Shown here: positions 38,670 to 46,957 of the stretch, piece by piece
How the letters are laid out: the number at the start of each line of letters is the position of its first letter
How positions within the stretch are numbered: the first letter of the stretch is position 1
Origin: Acidobacteriota bacterium
Lineage (GTDB): Bacteria > Acidobacteriota > UBA6911 > RPQK01 > JAJDTT01
Direction: 5' to 3'
Assembly: GCA_965217775.1 (NCBI GenBank)
Contig: CBDCJH010000002.1
Span: 4,224,001-4,288,000, forward strand
DNA length: 64,000 bases
The notes under the pieces: model-generated
Seen by the model: the letters and a program-made list of their open reading frames with translations, nothing else
The model's database searches: none
Told to the model about the DNA's origin: nothing
Program-made: the position numbers and the translations under genes

Positions 38670-40369
38670 TCCGGATCACCCCCGTCGGGAGGCCCTTCCA
38701 GGAAGGCGACGACCGCCGCCGCCAAGGCGGAAACCAGACGCTGGTTGAAGGTTTCCAAAGTCAGGTTCCACCGGTTTTCCGAGTTGGTCAGGTGCCCGAA
38801 CTCAACCACGATTCCCGGCGCCGCCACTGACTGCAGGACCGTCAATGGGGCCTCGATGGACTGATTCTCAACCTCGTAGACCTGGTTCAGGCTTTCCTGA
38901 ACCACCACGGCCAGCTCCCGGCTGCGCGCCTGGTATCGCTCCTGGCCCGATTCCCAGAGAACGAACTTCCCTTCCTCTTCGGGGTCCGGCTCGGGTTCGG
39001 GTTGGGTCACCACCACTTCGACGACCTCCTCCTCGCCCTCCTCAGTCTCCGGCTCCGGTTGCGGGAGGTCCGGAGTCTCTCCGTCCTGAAGAAACATCGA
39101 CTCCCCGTCGAGCTCTTCCGGCTCCGGCGGAGGCATCACCGGGGACTTCCCATGAAAATAGACCACGCCCCCCCGCATCTCTTCATCCGGAGCCCGGCCC
39201 AAATGGAGGCTCAGGTAGGCCCGGGTTCGGTTGGAGTTACCCACGGCGCTGCGCTGGGCCGCGGCGAGATTCACGTCCCGATCCCGGGTCAGGACCATCT
39301 CCAGGCCGCGATTTCGAAACTCGTCGCGCAACTCCAAGGCAAACTGGAGGGCCAAGTCCTTCTCGACGAATCCCTGCTCCCCCAGATCCCCCTCCCAGAT
39401 TCCTCCTGAATCGCTTCCGCCATGGCCCGGGTCGACGACGATCACCGGCCTCTCCCGCCGGCTCCGCGACGTGCTGAGCCGGGACCGCCGCGCCGGAGCC
39501 GGATCGGGAGTTCCGGCAGTCGCCGGGACCGCTCTCGAGGCCTTGGCCGGAGCCCGCCGGCTACGGCCGTGGATCTCCACGACCCTGGTCGAGGCGCCGG
39601 CGTCTCCGACCTCGCGGTACCGCTGATAGTCCTGCCCCTTGTGGATACGGAACGTTCCGAAGGGATCCCGGGAGTTGAACTTCAGCGCAGACACCAGGCG
39701 GGACGAAGGGGTTCCGCGCTTGGCCCCGGGACGAACCCGATAAGGACCGAACTCCACTTCAAGGAAGTCCCGGCGTTCGTGGACCCGGATCGGACCCGGC
39801 CGGCTGGCGGAGAACTCGATCCGGACTTGGTTGGAGTGATTCGTCACCTGCACCTTCACCTGGTTCAGATCCCGGGGTTCGAACCGATACCTGGCGGCGC
39901 CGGTTTTGGAGAAGCGTCCCGGAAGGACCGGAGCCAGCGCCCGAACCAGGAAATCCTCAGGGATGTACCAGTCGGAAGGGCCCTTCTTCCAGGCCGCGGA
40001 GGACATGAGAAGGTAGTCGACTCCCGCCCGAACCAGCGGTCTTCCATCCAGAAACAGGAGTTCTCCCCCGGGACCGGAGAGATTGAACCGGTCCTTCAAC
40101 TCCCGGCCTTCGAGCCGGAGGTTGGAAATCATGTCCTTGAGACTGATGTAGGGCTTGCCGGACCGCTGGTCCATCGCCACCGCCGACCTTCGTCTCCCCA
40201 GGTCCAGCAGCAACTCTCCTTGATCCTGGGCCGGCAGTTCGGCGCTGAGCCAAACCAGGATCCAACCGGCGACCGCGATCGAACGGAACACGGGTTTGGA
40301 GCAGAGATACGGAAACCGCCTCTCAAACTCACCCCGAATTCCGGAAGCGCACAGCGGAGGCCACAGCAT
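38666..40369 (-). CDS. N-acetylmuramoyl-L-alanine amidase (Amidase_3) with long N-terminal region
   Basis: VVDPGHGG, EKDLAL, LTRDRD, LSLH, VVEFGHLTN; acidic Pro/Glu insertion in the catalytic domain. Confidence 0.88.
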   Translation of the reverse strand: MLWPPLCASGIRGEFERRFPYLCSKPVFRSIAVAGWILVWLSAELPAQDQGELLLDLGRRRSAVAMDQRSGKPYISLKDMISNLRLEGRELKDRFNLSGPGGELLFLDGRPLVRAGVDYLLMSSAAWKKGPSDWYIPEDFLVRALAPVLPGRFSKTGAARYRFEPRDLNQVKVQVTNHSNQVRIEFSASRPGPIRVHERRDFLEVEFGPYRVRPGAKRGTPSSRLVSALKFNSRDPFGTFRIHKGQDYQRYREVGDAGASTRVVEIHGRSRRAPAKASRAVPATAGTPDPAPARRSRLSTSRSRRERPVIVVDPGHGGSDSGGIWEGDLGEQGFVEKDLALQFALELRDEFRNRGLEMVLTRDRDVNLAAAQRSAVGNSNRTRAYLSLHLGRAPDEEMRGGVVYFHGKSPVMPPPEPEELDGESMFLQDGETPDLPQPEPETEEGEEEVVEVVVTQPEPEPDPEEEGKFVLWESGQERYQARSRELAVVVQESLNQVYEVENQSIEAPLTVLQSVAAPGIVVEFGHLTNSENRWNLTLETFNQRLVSALAAAVVAFLEGPPDGGDPE

Positions 40370-40410
40370 CAGTCGTTATTATAGTGGAAGGGGTACGGCG
40401 ACTTTTCGGT

Positions 40411-41289
40411 TCAGCCGGCGGCGACACTCGTTTCCGCTGTCTCCAGCTCCGATTCGACGACCCGCCAGCGGGAGGCGTTTCGAAACAACGCCGTCGCCAG
40501 AGCCGTATGCAGGGCGTGTCCGGCCTTGTAGGCGCGAATATGCCCGATCACCGGGCTGCCGCAGAGGGAGACGTCGCCGATCAGATCCAGGACCTTGTGG
40601 CGAACGAACTCGTCGGGCGCCCGGAGTTCTCCGCTCATGACGCCGTCGTCACTCAACACCACTGCGTTCTCGAAGGAACCGCCCCGGATCAGGTTGTTTT
40701 CCAGAAGCTGGCGGACTTCCCGATAGAAACCGAAGGTCCGGGAAAAGGCGATTTCCCGTGCGTAGACTCCGGGCGTCACCTCCAGGTCCAGCCGCTGGCG
40801 GCCGATGACGGGATGGGTGAAATCGATCTCGTAGGTCACGCGAAAGACAGGTGAAGGCTCGATGGACACGAACTTCTCCCCGTCCGTCAGCCGGATCGGC
40901 TTCTCCACCCTGATGAAGGTCCGGGGAGCGTCCTGTTCCTCGATACCAACGCCCTGAATGCCCTCCACGAAGGGCCGGGAGGAACCGTCCAGGATGGGAA
41001 CCTCCAGAGAATCGATGTCGATGTAGAGGTTGTCCAGACCCAGGCCGTAGACGGCCGACAGCAGATGCTCCACCGTCGAGAGCATCACCCCCCGTTTCAT
41101 GAGGGTCGTGGCCAGGACTACACGGGAGACGTAACGGCGCGAGGCCTCGATCGCGAAACCCTGGAGGTCGACGCGGCGGAAGACGACGCCGGTCCCCGCG
41201 GGAGCGGGCTTCAACTCGACCGCCACCTGGTATCCGGTGTGGAGCCCGACTCCGTTGAGCTTGAACGGGCGGCGGATGGTCCTCTGCAT
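40411..41289 (-). CDS. lpxC: UDP-3-O-acyl-N-acetylglucosamine deacetylase
   Basis: QRTI, GVGLHTG, TVEHLLSA, EVPILDGS, SRTFGF, EFVRHKVLDLIGD, KAGHALH. Confidence 0.96.
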   Translation of the reverse strand: MQRTIRRPFKLNGVGLHTGYQVAVELKPAPAGTGVVFRRVDLQGFAIEASRRYVSRVVLATTLMKRGVMLSTVEHLLSAVYGLGLDNLYIDIDSLEVPILDGSSRPFVEGIQGVGIEEQDAPRTFIRVEKPIRLTDGEKFVSIEPSPVFRVTYEIDFTHPVIGRQRLDLEVTPGVYAREIAFSRTFGFYREVRQLLENNLIRGGSFENAVVLSDDGVMSGELRAPDEFVRHKVLDLIGDVSLCGSPVIGHIRAYKAGHALHTALATALFRNASRWRVVESELETAETSVAAG

Positions 41290-41305
41290 CTGGCCTGGAC
41301 TGTGT

Positions 41306-41322
41306 TGCAAGATGCAGGCCAA
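41306..41322 (-). promoter_or_regulatory. Putative sigma54 (-24/-12) promoter of lpxC
   Basis: Minus strand TTGGCCTGCATCTTGCA = GG-N10-GC with TGGC...TTGCA context; predicted +1 near 41295, just before ATG 41289. Confidence 0.65.
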
Positions 41323-41430
41323 GAATGGGGAAAGCCTTTATTCTCAGTGGGTTTCGTAATTCGAACGTCCCTGCGGGGAGCGCAGAGTGTGACCTGGAGT
41401 CCACAAGGGTGTGGACCACAGGACACATAT

Positions 41431-41459
41431 CAGCCCGTGGCAAAAGTCGTCGCGGCATT
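41431..41459. mobile_element. Truncated end of MITE family B
   Basis: CAGCCCGTGGCAAAAGTCGTCGCGGCATT matches the terminal ~29 bp of the 37922 and 44379 ends. Confidence 0.7.
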
Positions 41460-41469
41460 TCCGCCGGGA

Positions 41470-42420
41470 TCAGTCGCTCCGGCGGCCCCTCCTTCTCTTC
41501 TCCCGCTCCTTGTCCGCTTCCCGTGACGCTTTGGCGTCCCGCTCCTCCTGCTTCTTCAACCGCTTGCGCATCTTCTCTTCCCACTTGGCCTTCTTCTTCT
41601 CGTCGATGGCCGGCTCCAGGAATTGGGTTTCGGGAATCTGCGAGTTGTAGGCCAGATCTTCGATGAAGAGCTGCTGGGAGATGTTTCCGTCCAGATAGAT
41701 GTCCGTCCGCAGGGGTGTGTGGACTCCCTGGATGGTGTGCCAGTTGTAGAACTCCCACTCCATCTTGTGGCGCAACCCGGTGTCGTCCGTGTATTCGTTC
41801 TCCACCTTTTCGGGGAGGTGGCTGGTCAGGTTGAAGAAGACCACCACCGAGTTGTTGGAGGCGTCCAGAAACTCCACGGCCTCGAACTCTCCCTGGCCCG
41901 CGATGTCGTCGGGTCCGTAGTAGTAAAGGCTCATTCCGTCCTCGTCGAGGCGCTGCTTGATGAGGAAGTTGAGGTCCTTCCGAACCGCCTTCATCCACGA
42001 GTCCAATTCCTTGTCAGGGATCTCCTCGACTTCGAACTCGCCCTCCAGCGTCCAACCCTTGTTCAACTCCAGGTTGTGAACGGCGACGTGCTGCTCCTTC
42101 TCGTTCTTCCCCCGCTCGAAACGGGACTTGACGGGATCGTAGACGGTCCAGTCCCGAAAACGGGTGAATCCCTTCCTGCCCTTCCGGAAGAAGAAGAACC
42201 GGCCGGAGGAATGGGAGTTCCGGACCTTCAGGTAGGCATCGCCGCCCATGGCCGTCACCGCCGCGTCGATCACCTTCCTGGCCTTCTCCTCACCCGTATC
42301 CTTGGCCAGTGACGGAAAGACAAGAGTCGTTGCCAGAATCCCGGTCCCGACGATGAACCAACCGCGCCATCGACATGATCCCCGCAATCTCTCCACCATA
42401 ATTGCTCCTCTAACAGCCAA
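41470..42420 (-). CDS. Conserved exported hypothetical protein (LolA-like / outer-membrane sorting fold possible; start uncertain)
   Basis: Signal peptide then KARKVIDAAVTAMGGDAYL, FYNWHTIQGVHTP, IPETQF; charged C-terminal tail. Confidence 0.75.
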   Translation of the reverse strand: MAVRGAIMVERLRGSCRWRGWFIVGTGILATTLVFPSLAKDTGEEKARKVIDAAVTAMGGDAYLKVRNSHSSGRFFFFRKGRKGFTRFRDWTVYDPVKSRFERGKNEKEQHVAVHNLELNKGWTLEGEFEVEEIPDKELDSWMKAVRKDLNFLIKQRLDEDGMSLYYYGPDDIAGQGEFEAVEFLDASNNSVVVFFNLTSHLPEKVENEYTDDTGLRHKMEWEFYNWHTIQGVHTPLRTDIYLDGNISQQLFIEDLAYNSQIPETQFLEPAIDEKKKAKWEEKMRKRLKKQEERDAKASREADKEREKRRRGRRSD

Positions 42421-43426
42421 TGTAGCGAGCGTAGATGGCTCGGGCCTCCGTCTCGTCCTCAGTTCCCCGGATGATGGCCCTTCCGTCGCGGAACAGAGCC
42501 AGCTCGTAACCGTTGACCTCTACCTTCATCATATAGTCGTTCAAGCTCACCTTGCCACTGGGCCGGAGCCGCCGGGCCACTTGAGGCAAGTCCATCCGGG
42601 AGTCTTCGCCCGGCTGGACCTGGACCGCGTTCCGGCCGCAGAGTCGGACCGTATGCCGCCGCTCCATTCCTTCCAGAAAGCGCAGTTGGAGAACCCCGCA
42701 GCAGGGACAATCGGGATCGCGAGCGCCCTCCAGCGAGACCAGCTTCATACGGTTTTCCCAGACGTCCACCTTCAGCATGGTGGAGGCGGGTTCGGCGCCC
42801 ACCAGAATCTTCAGAACCTGAGCCACCTGGTAGGAGGCCACGACATGGACCACCGGCGCCAGGATGCCGCTGGTGTCACAGGTCTCGGCGCTGCCGGGCG
42901 CCGGCGCCTGCGGAAAGAGGCACTGCAGGCAGGGAGTGACTTTGGGGCGGAACGCGAACGCGGTCCCGTAGCTGCCGACGCATGCACCATAGATCCAGGT
43001 CCGGCCGGTTCGGAGGGAGTAGTCGTTCAACAGGTAACGGGTTTCGAAGTTGTCGGTGCCGTCCAGGATGAGATCGCTCCCGCCACAGAGAGTCTCGACG
43101 TTGCGATGGGTCAGGTCCTCGACCACGCCGTCGACCCGGACCTGGGAGTTCATGGCGCCGAGAATCGACTCGGCCGCCACCGCCTTGGGCAGGGACGAGC
43201 GGGCATGGTCTTCCGTGAATAGGCACTGGCGCTGCAAATTGCTCTCTTCCACGAAATCGCGGTCGATCAGGCGCAAGGAGCCGATCCCGGCCCGGACCAA
43301 CTGCTCCGCGGCCACGCTGCCCAGGGCCCCGCAGCCGACGATCACCACCCTTGACCTGCCCAGACGTTCCTGCCCTTCGGCGCCGATGGGAGGGAAAAGG
43401 ATCTGACGCGAATAGCGCTGGTTCAC
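42410..43426 (-). CDS. ThiF/MoeB family adenylyltransferase
   Basis: RYSRQILF..IG.EGQ, GCGALG, DRDFVEESNLQRQ, DGTDNFETR, PCLQC, TCDTSG, DCPCC, LCGRNAVQ. Confidence 0.92.
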   Translation of the reverse strand: MNQRYSRQILFPPIGAEGQERLGRSRVVIVGCGALGSVAAEQLVRAGIGSLRLIDRDFVEESNLQRQCLFTEDHARSSLPKAVAAESILGAMNSQVRVDGVVEDLTHRNVETLCGGSDLILDGTDNFETRYLLNDYSLRTGRTWIYGACVGSYGTAFAFRPKVTPCLQCLFPQAPAPGSAETCDTSGILAPVVHVVASYQVAQVLKILVGAEPASTMLKVDVWENRMKLVSLEGARDPDCPCCGVLQLRFLEGMERRHTVRLCGRNAVQVQPGEDSRMDLPQVARRLRPSGKVSLNDYMMKVEVNGYELALFRDGRAIIRGTEDETEARAIYARYIGC

Positions 43427-43449
43427 GATTGGGTCCCGGAATCGCCGGA

Positions 43450-44190
43450 TCAATGCTCCACGGGAATGTTTTTCAGCAGTCCGGCGTCGTGCATGGCATT
43501 CCACTCATCCAGAAAGGTCTGGTTCCAAGTCTCCGTCAGCGGATGTTTCATCATCTCCTGGAATATGGTCCAGAAGATGATGATGCCGTCGGCGCCGTCC
43601 CGGAGCGCCCGGTAGGCCGTGTCGACGGAGCGGACCAGGGCGGCGGTCACGAAGGGCCGGTGCTCCCATCCCCGGAACATGGCCACGCACTCCCGGACCA
43701 GTTGGGTGGGGTCGCCTCCCACTTCCTTGACCGGCTCGCAGAAGGGGAGGATGTGGGTGGCTCCGGCCTGCGCCACGGCCGCCGCCTGGGTCAGGGAGAA
43801 GACGGTGGTGCAGAAGGTCTCGACGCCCTGGCGCTTCAGCTCCCGGAAGGCGCCCAGGCCATGGACCGTGCAGGGGATCTTGAGGATGATCCGATCCGAC
43901 AGACGGGTGAAGACCTCCCCCACCCGAAGCAGTTCTTCAGTGGAATGGCCGTCGATCTCTATCACTACCGGTTTGTCGGTGATGTCCAGGTAGCGCTGGG
44001 CGACGTCCAGGATCTGCCCATATTTCCGGACCATCTGGTTGAGGACCACCGTGTTGGTGACGATGCCCGCCGTTCCCAGGGGCAACCACTTTTCCAAGTC
44101 CGCCGGATCGCCGGCCAACCAGATGGCGGGGCCGGTTCCCGTGGATCTCGCTTCAGTACATGGTCCTCGAGTGTTGTTCTCTTGTGTCAC
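43450..44190 (-). CDS. Divergent transaldolase / fructose-6-phosphate aldolase family protein
   Basis: GIVTN, LKIPCTVHGL (Schiff-base Lys), TTVFSLTQA...AQAGA, HPLT. Confidence 0.8.
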   Translation of the reverse strand: MTQENNTRGPCTEARSTGTGPAIWLAGDPADLEKWLPLGTAGIVTNTVVLNQMVRKYGQILDVAQRYLDITDKPVVIEIDGHSTEELLRVGEVFTRLSDRIILKIPCTVHGLGAFRELKRQGVETFCTTVFSLTQAAAVAQAGATHILPFCEPVKEVGGDPTQLVRECVAMFRGWEHRPFVTAALVRSVDTAYRALRDGADGIIIFWTIFQEMMKHPLTETWNQTFLDEWNAMHDAGLLKNIPVEH

Positions 44191-44219
44191 GTCATGCTCC
44201 TGAGAAATTCAAAGTCTTA

Positions 44220-44379
44220 ACAGTCCGTGGTGAAAGTCCCGCGAGCACCGAGACCGTTCCTGCGCCCGCCGGACAAGGCGCGATTCGGGTGCATACCGGG
44301 AGTATGTGAGCCGATAGCAACGCCGTCCGCCGGGATGCAGGGACGGTCGAATGCCGTGATGACTTTTGCCACGGGCTGT
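44220..44379. mobile_element. MITE-like element, family B, copy 2 (160 bp) with TA target duplication
   Basis: TA|ACAGTCCGTGGTGAAAGTC ... GACTTTTGCCACGGGCTGT|TA; inverted homolog of 37922..38085. Confidence 0.85.
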
Positions 44380-44479
44380 TAACTGCGGGCGGCCGTCTCA
44401 CCCCGGAGGGCGCGATGGGGGGCGGCTTTCTAGTCATCCGTCGCTTCTGTACGCCATTTGTTTCTCCGGAGTCCGGCGG

Positions 44480-45790
44480 TTAGGAAACCGCCGCTCCCCA
44501 GGGGCCCCGGTACTCCTTGGTGAGGAGCCGGTTCGCCTCGGGGTGGTTGGTGATGGTCTCGGCCTCCGGATCGAACTCCAGCACCTTGCCCGTGCGGTAG
44601 GCGACCTCGCCCAGGTGGACCAGGGCGCAGGACCGGTGCAACTGAAGGGCCGGCGCCAACGGTTGGTTCCGGGTCCGGACGCAGTCCAGGAAGTTGGACA
44701 GGTGCGCGCCCTTTCCCCGGTCGCGGACGGCTTCCCCGACTCCCATGGAAGGGCCCTTCTCTTCCTTTCTTCCCAGATAGACCTGGAAGAAGCCCCGGCG
44801 GGAGAAGACCATGAATCCCTCGGTCCCGTAGAAGGCATTGCCGCTGTCGACGCCGTAACGCCCGTAGGGGGTCCAGGCCCGGTCCTCGTAGATGAGCACC
44901 TTTCCCTCGGCAAAGTGGTAGGCCACCATCATGTTGTCGGGAAACTCCCGTTCCACGCCATCCAGGTGAACCCGGCTCCCGTGCGCCGTGATCCGCACCG
45001 GATGGGTCTCGGGAGCGAGGCCGAAATGGGCCATGTCCAGGTCGTGAATGCCGTCTCCCCCGATGTCCCCGTTCCCGTAGTCGCGGTACCAGTTCCAGTT
45101 GCCGTGAAAGCGGTTGGGATTGAAGGGCCGCTTGGGAGCCGGACCCAGCCACATGTCGTAGTCGACTCCCGGCGGGACCGGAGCGTCCGGCACCGGCTTC
45201 CGGTGGTTGTGCCGCTGCAGGTTCCAGGCCTTGGACATTTTGACGTCGCCGATGACTCCCGCATCCAGGAGTTCCCGGGCCTTGGCCGTGACCCGGCTGG
45301 AGCGCATCTGGGTGCCATGCTGGACGATGCGACCGGTCTCCTCCACCGTATCCACCAGGACGCGTCCTTCCCGAAAGACGTGGGAACCTGGCTTCTCCAG
45401 GTAGACGTCCTTGCCGGCGCGAAGGGCCCGGACCGCCATGGGGACGTGCCAGTGATGCGGCGTGGCGATCACTACGGCGTCAATGGAGGAGTCGTCCAGG
45501 ACGTGCCGGAAGTCCTTGACCATCTTGGGCCGCTGTCCGGTGGCGTCGTGAACCTTCTTGGACTCCCGCTCCAACATGCTCTGGTCCACGTCGCAAAGGG
45601 AGGCGCAGACGGCATCCGGAACCTCCACGAGACGGCTCACGTGGACGCGGCCCATGCCCCGAAGACCGATGACGGCCACCATGACCCGGTCGTTGGCCGA
45701 GACCCGGCGGGACCTTGCCGCCAGGGAGGAGACGGCGGCCGCCCCCGCTACTGACACGTTCATGAATTCCCGGCGGGTGACGTTCCTCAT
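44480..45790 (-). CDS. Gfo/Idh/MocA family oxidoreductase, Tat-exported
   Basis: TRREFM, IGLRGMG, ATPHHWH, DVYLEKP, DYGNGDIGGDGIHDLD. Confidence 0.92.
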   Translation of the reverse strand: MRNVTRREFMNVSVAGAAAVSSLAARSRRVSANDRVMVAVIGLRGMGRVHVSRLVEVPDAVCASLCDVDQSMLERESKKVHDATGQRPKMVKDFRHVLDDSSIDAVVIATPHHWHVPMAVRALRAGKDVYLEKPGSHVFREGRVLVDTVEETGRIVQHGTQMRSSRVTAKARELLDAGVIGDVKMSKAWNLQRHNHRKPVPDAPVPPGVDYDMWLGPAPKRPFNPNRFHGNWNWYRDYGNGDIGGDGIHDLDMAHFGLAPETHPVRITAHGSRVHLDGVEREFPDNMMVAYHFAEGKVLIYEDRAWTPYGRYGVDSGNAFYGTEGFMVFSRRGFFQVYLGRKEEKGPSMGVGEAVRDRGKGAHLSNFLDCVRTRNQPLAPALQLHRSCALVHLGEVAYRTGKVLEFDPEAETITNHPEANRLLTKEYRGPWGAAVS

Positions 45791-46860
45791 GCCTTCCCTT
45801 CTTTCCGGCTCGACCTGGCTCCGGCCTGGACTTTCCGGATCATGTCAGTGAGCCTCTGGTAGTTGATCCGCATGGCGTCGATCCGGGTGCCGCCCGGCGG
45901 AATGAAGTGGGTCGCCAGGGACAGGACCGCATCCGAGCGATGGTCCTGCATTCGGCGCAGAACCTCCGGGTAGTCCACGTCGCCGTCCCCCAAGGCCCGA
46001 TACTCGAACTTCAGGTTCAGACCGTCCATGACGTGGAGGTCCTTCAAGTGCAGGCCGTGCAGGTAGGGGCGAATGTTGTTGAATCCGGCCGTGGCCACGT
46101 CCCATTCGCCCGAGTTGTAGTTGTCGGCGGGGCCCCACATGACCTTCAGCCGGGAGGAGCCCACGGCCTCCGCCATGCGGCGGAAGTTGCCGGTGGTGTT
46201 GGTGTAGTTCCAGGGCATCATGGAGAGCGCCACGTCCACGCCGTGCCTCTCGGCCGCTTCCGCCACCAGCGTGAAGGCGGCCACCAGCTTCTCCATGTCG
46301 ACCTTGGCGATGTATCCGCCCCGGGTCAGCCAACGCATGGGCCAGGTCGGCTTGCCCGCCTTGTATTCTCCGGGCCAGGCAAAGGTGAAGGATCCCACGG
46401 CGCCGACGCCGATCCGGGAGGCGATCTCCATGCAGCGTTCCAGGTCCGCCAGGTCGGTCCGAAAGCCCTCGTGTTCGGTGAGCTTGTCCTTTTTCAGGTC
46501 GGTCAGGTGGATGTGCTTGAAGGAGGAGCCGGCGCTCAGCAGGAAGATCTCCAGGCCGTGCCGCTGCACCCTCTGCGCCATACGGTCCGCCTCGGCGTCG
46601 CTCAACCGGGCGATCTCGGCCTCTTCATGGAGCTTGTGGAACCAGACCGACTCGACTCCGATCTCCTTGGCCGTGGCCAGCGCCTGGTCGAAGGGAAGCT
46701 GGAGTTCCGGCAGGAACATCCCCAGCTTGAACCGGTACCGGTCCATTTCCGCCGGCGGACCCGGCGCCGGCCGGGCTTCCCCGGTGGACGAGGTCAACCC
46801 ATAGGCCGCAACTCCGCCCAGAGCGCTGCCGGCGTTTCGAAAAAACTTCCTTCTCTTCAT
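45787..46860 (-). CDS. Sugar phosphate isomerase/epimerase (AP endonuclease 2 TIM barrel), Tat-exported
   Basis: MKRRKFF; LHLKD, LGDGDVDY, LSLATH; ATGA overlap with the next gene. Confidence 0.82.
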   Translation of the reverse strand: MKRRKFFRNAGSALGGVAAYGLTSSTGEARPAPGPPAEMDRYRFKLGMFLPELQLPFDQALATAKEIGVESVWFHKLHEEAEIARLSDAEADRMAQRVQRHGLEIFLLSAGSSFKHIHLTDLKKDKLTEHEGFRTDLADLERCMEIASRIGVGAVGSFTFAWPGEYKAGKPTWPMRWLTRGGYIAKVDMEKLVAAFTLVAEAAERHGVDVALSMMPWNYTNTTGNFRRMAEAVGSSRLKVMWGPADNYNSGEWDVATAGFNNIRPYLHGLHLKDLHVMDGLNLKFEYRALGDGDVDYPEVLRRMQDHRSDAVLSLATHFIPPGGTRIDAMRINYQRLTDMIRKVQAGARSSRKEGKA

Positions 46861-46957
46861 CCGATGCCTCCTCGCTTTCGGCGCCAAGCCCACTTCGGTG
46901 TCCGACACTTCACCGGAAACCTGCGAAACGAGTCGCCACGGACCTCCAATCTTCATT

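Noticed and set aside
42410-43426. ThiF protein as the E1 of a CBASS or ubiquitin-like defence system
   Set aside because: Ordinary MoeB/ThiF architecture in a housekeeping context with no E2, JAB or cyclase neighbours.
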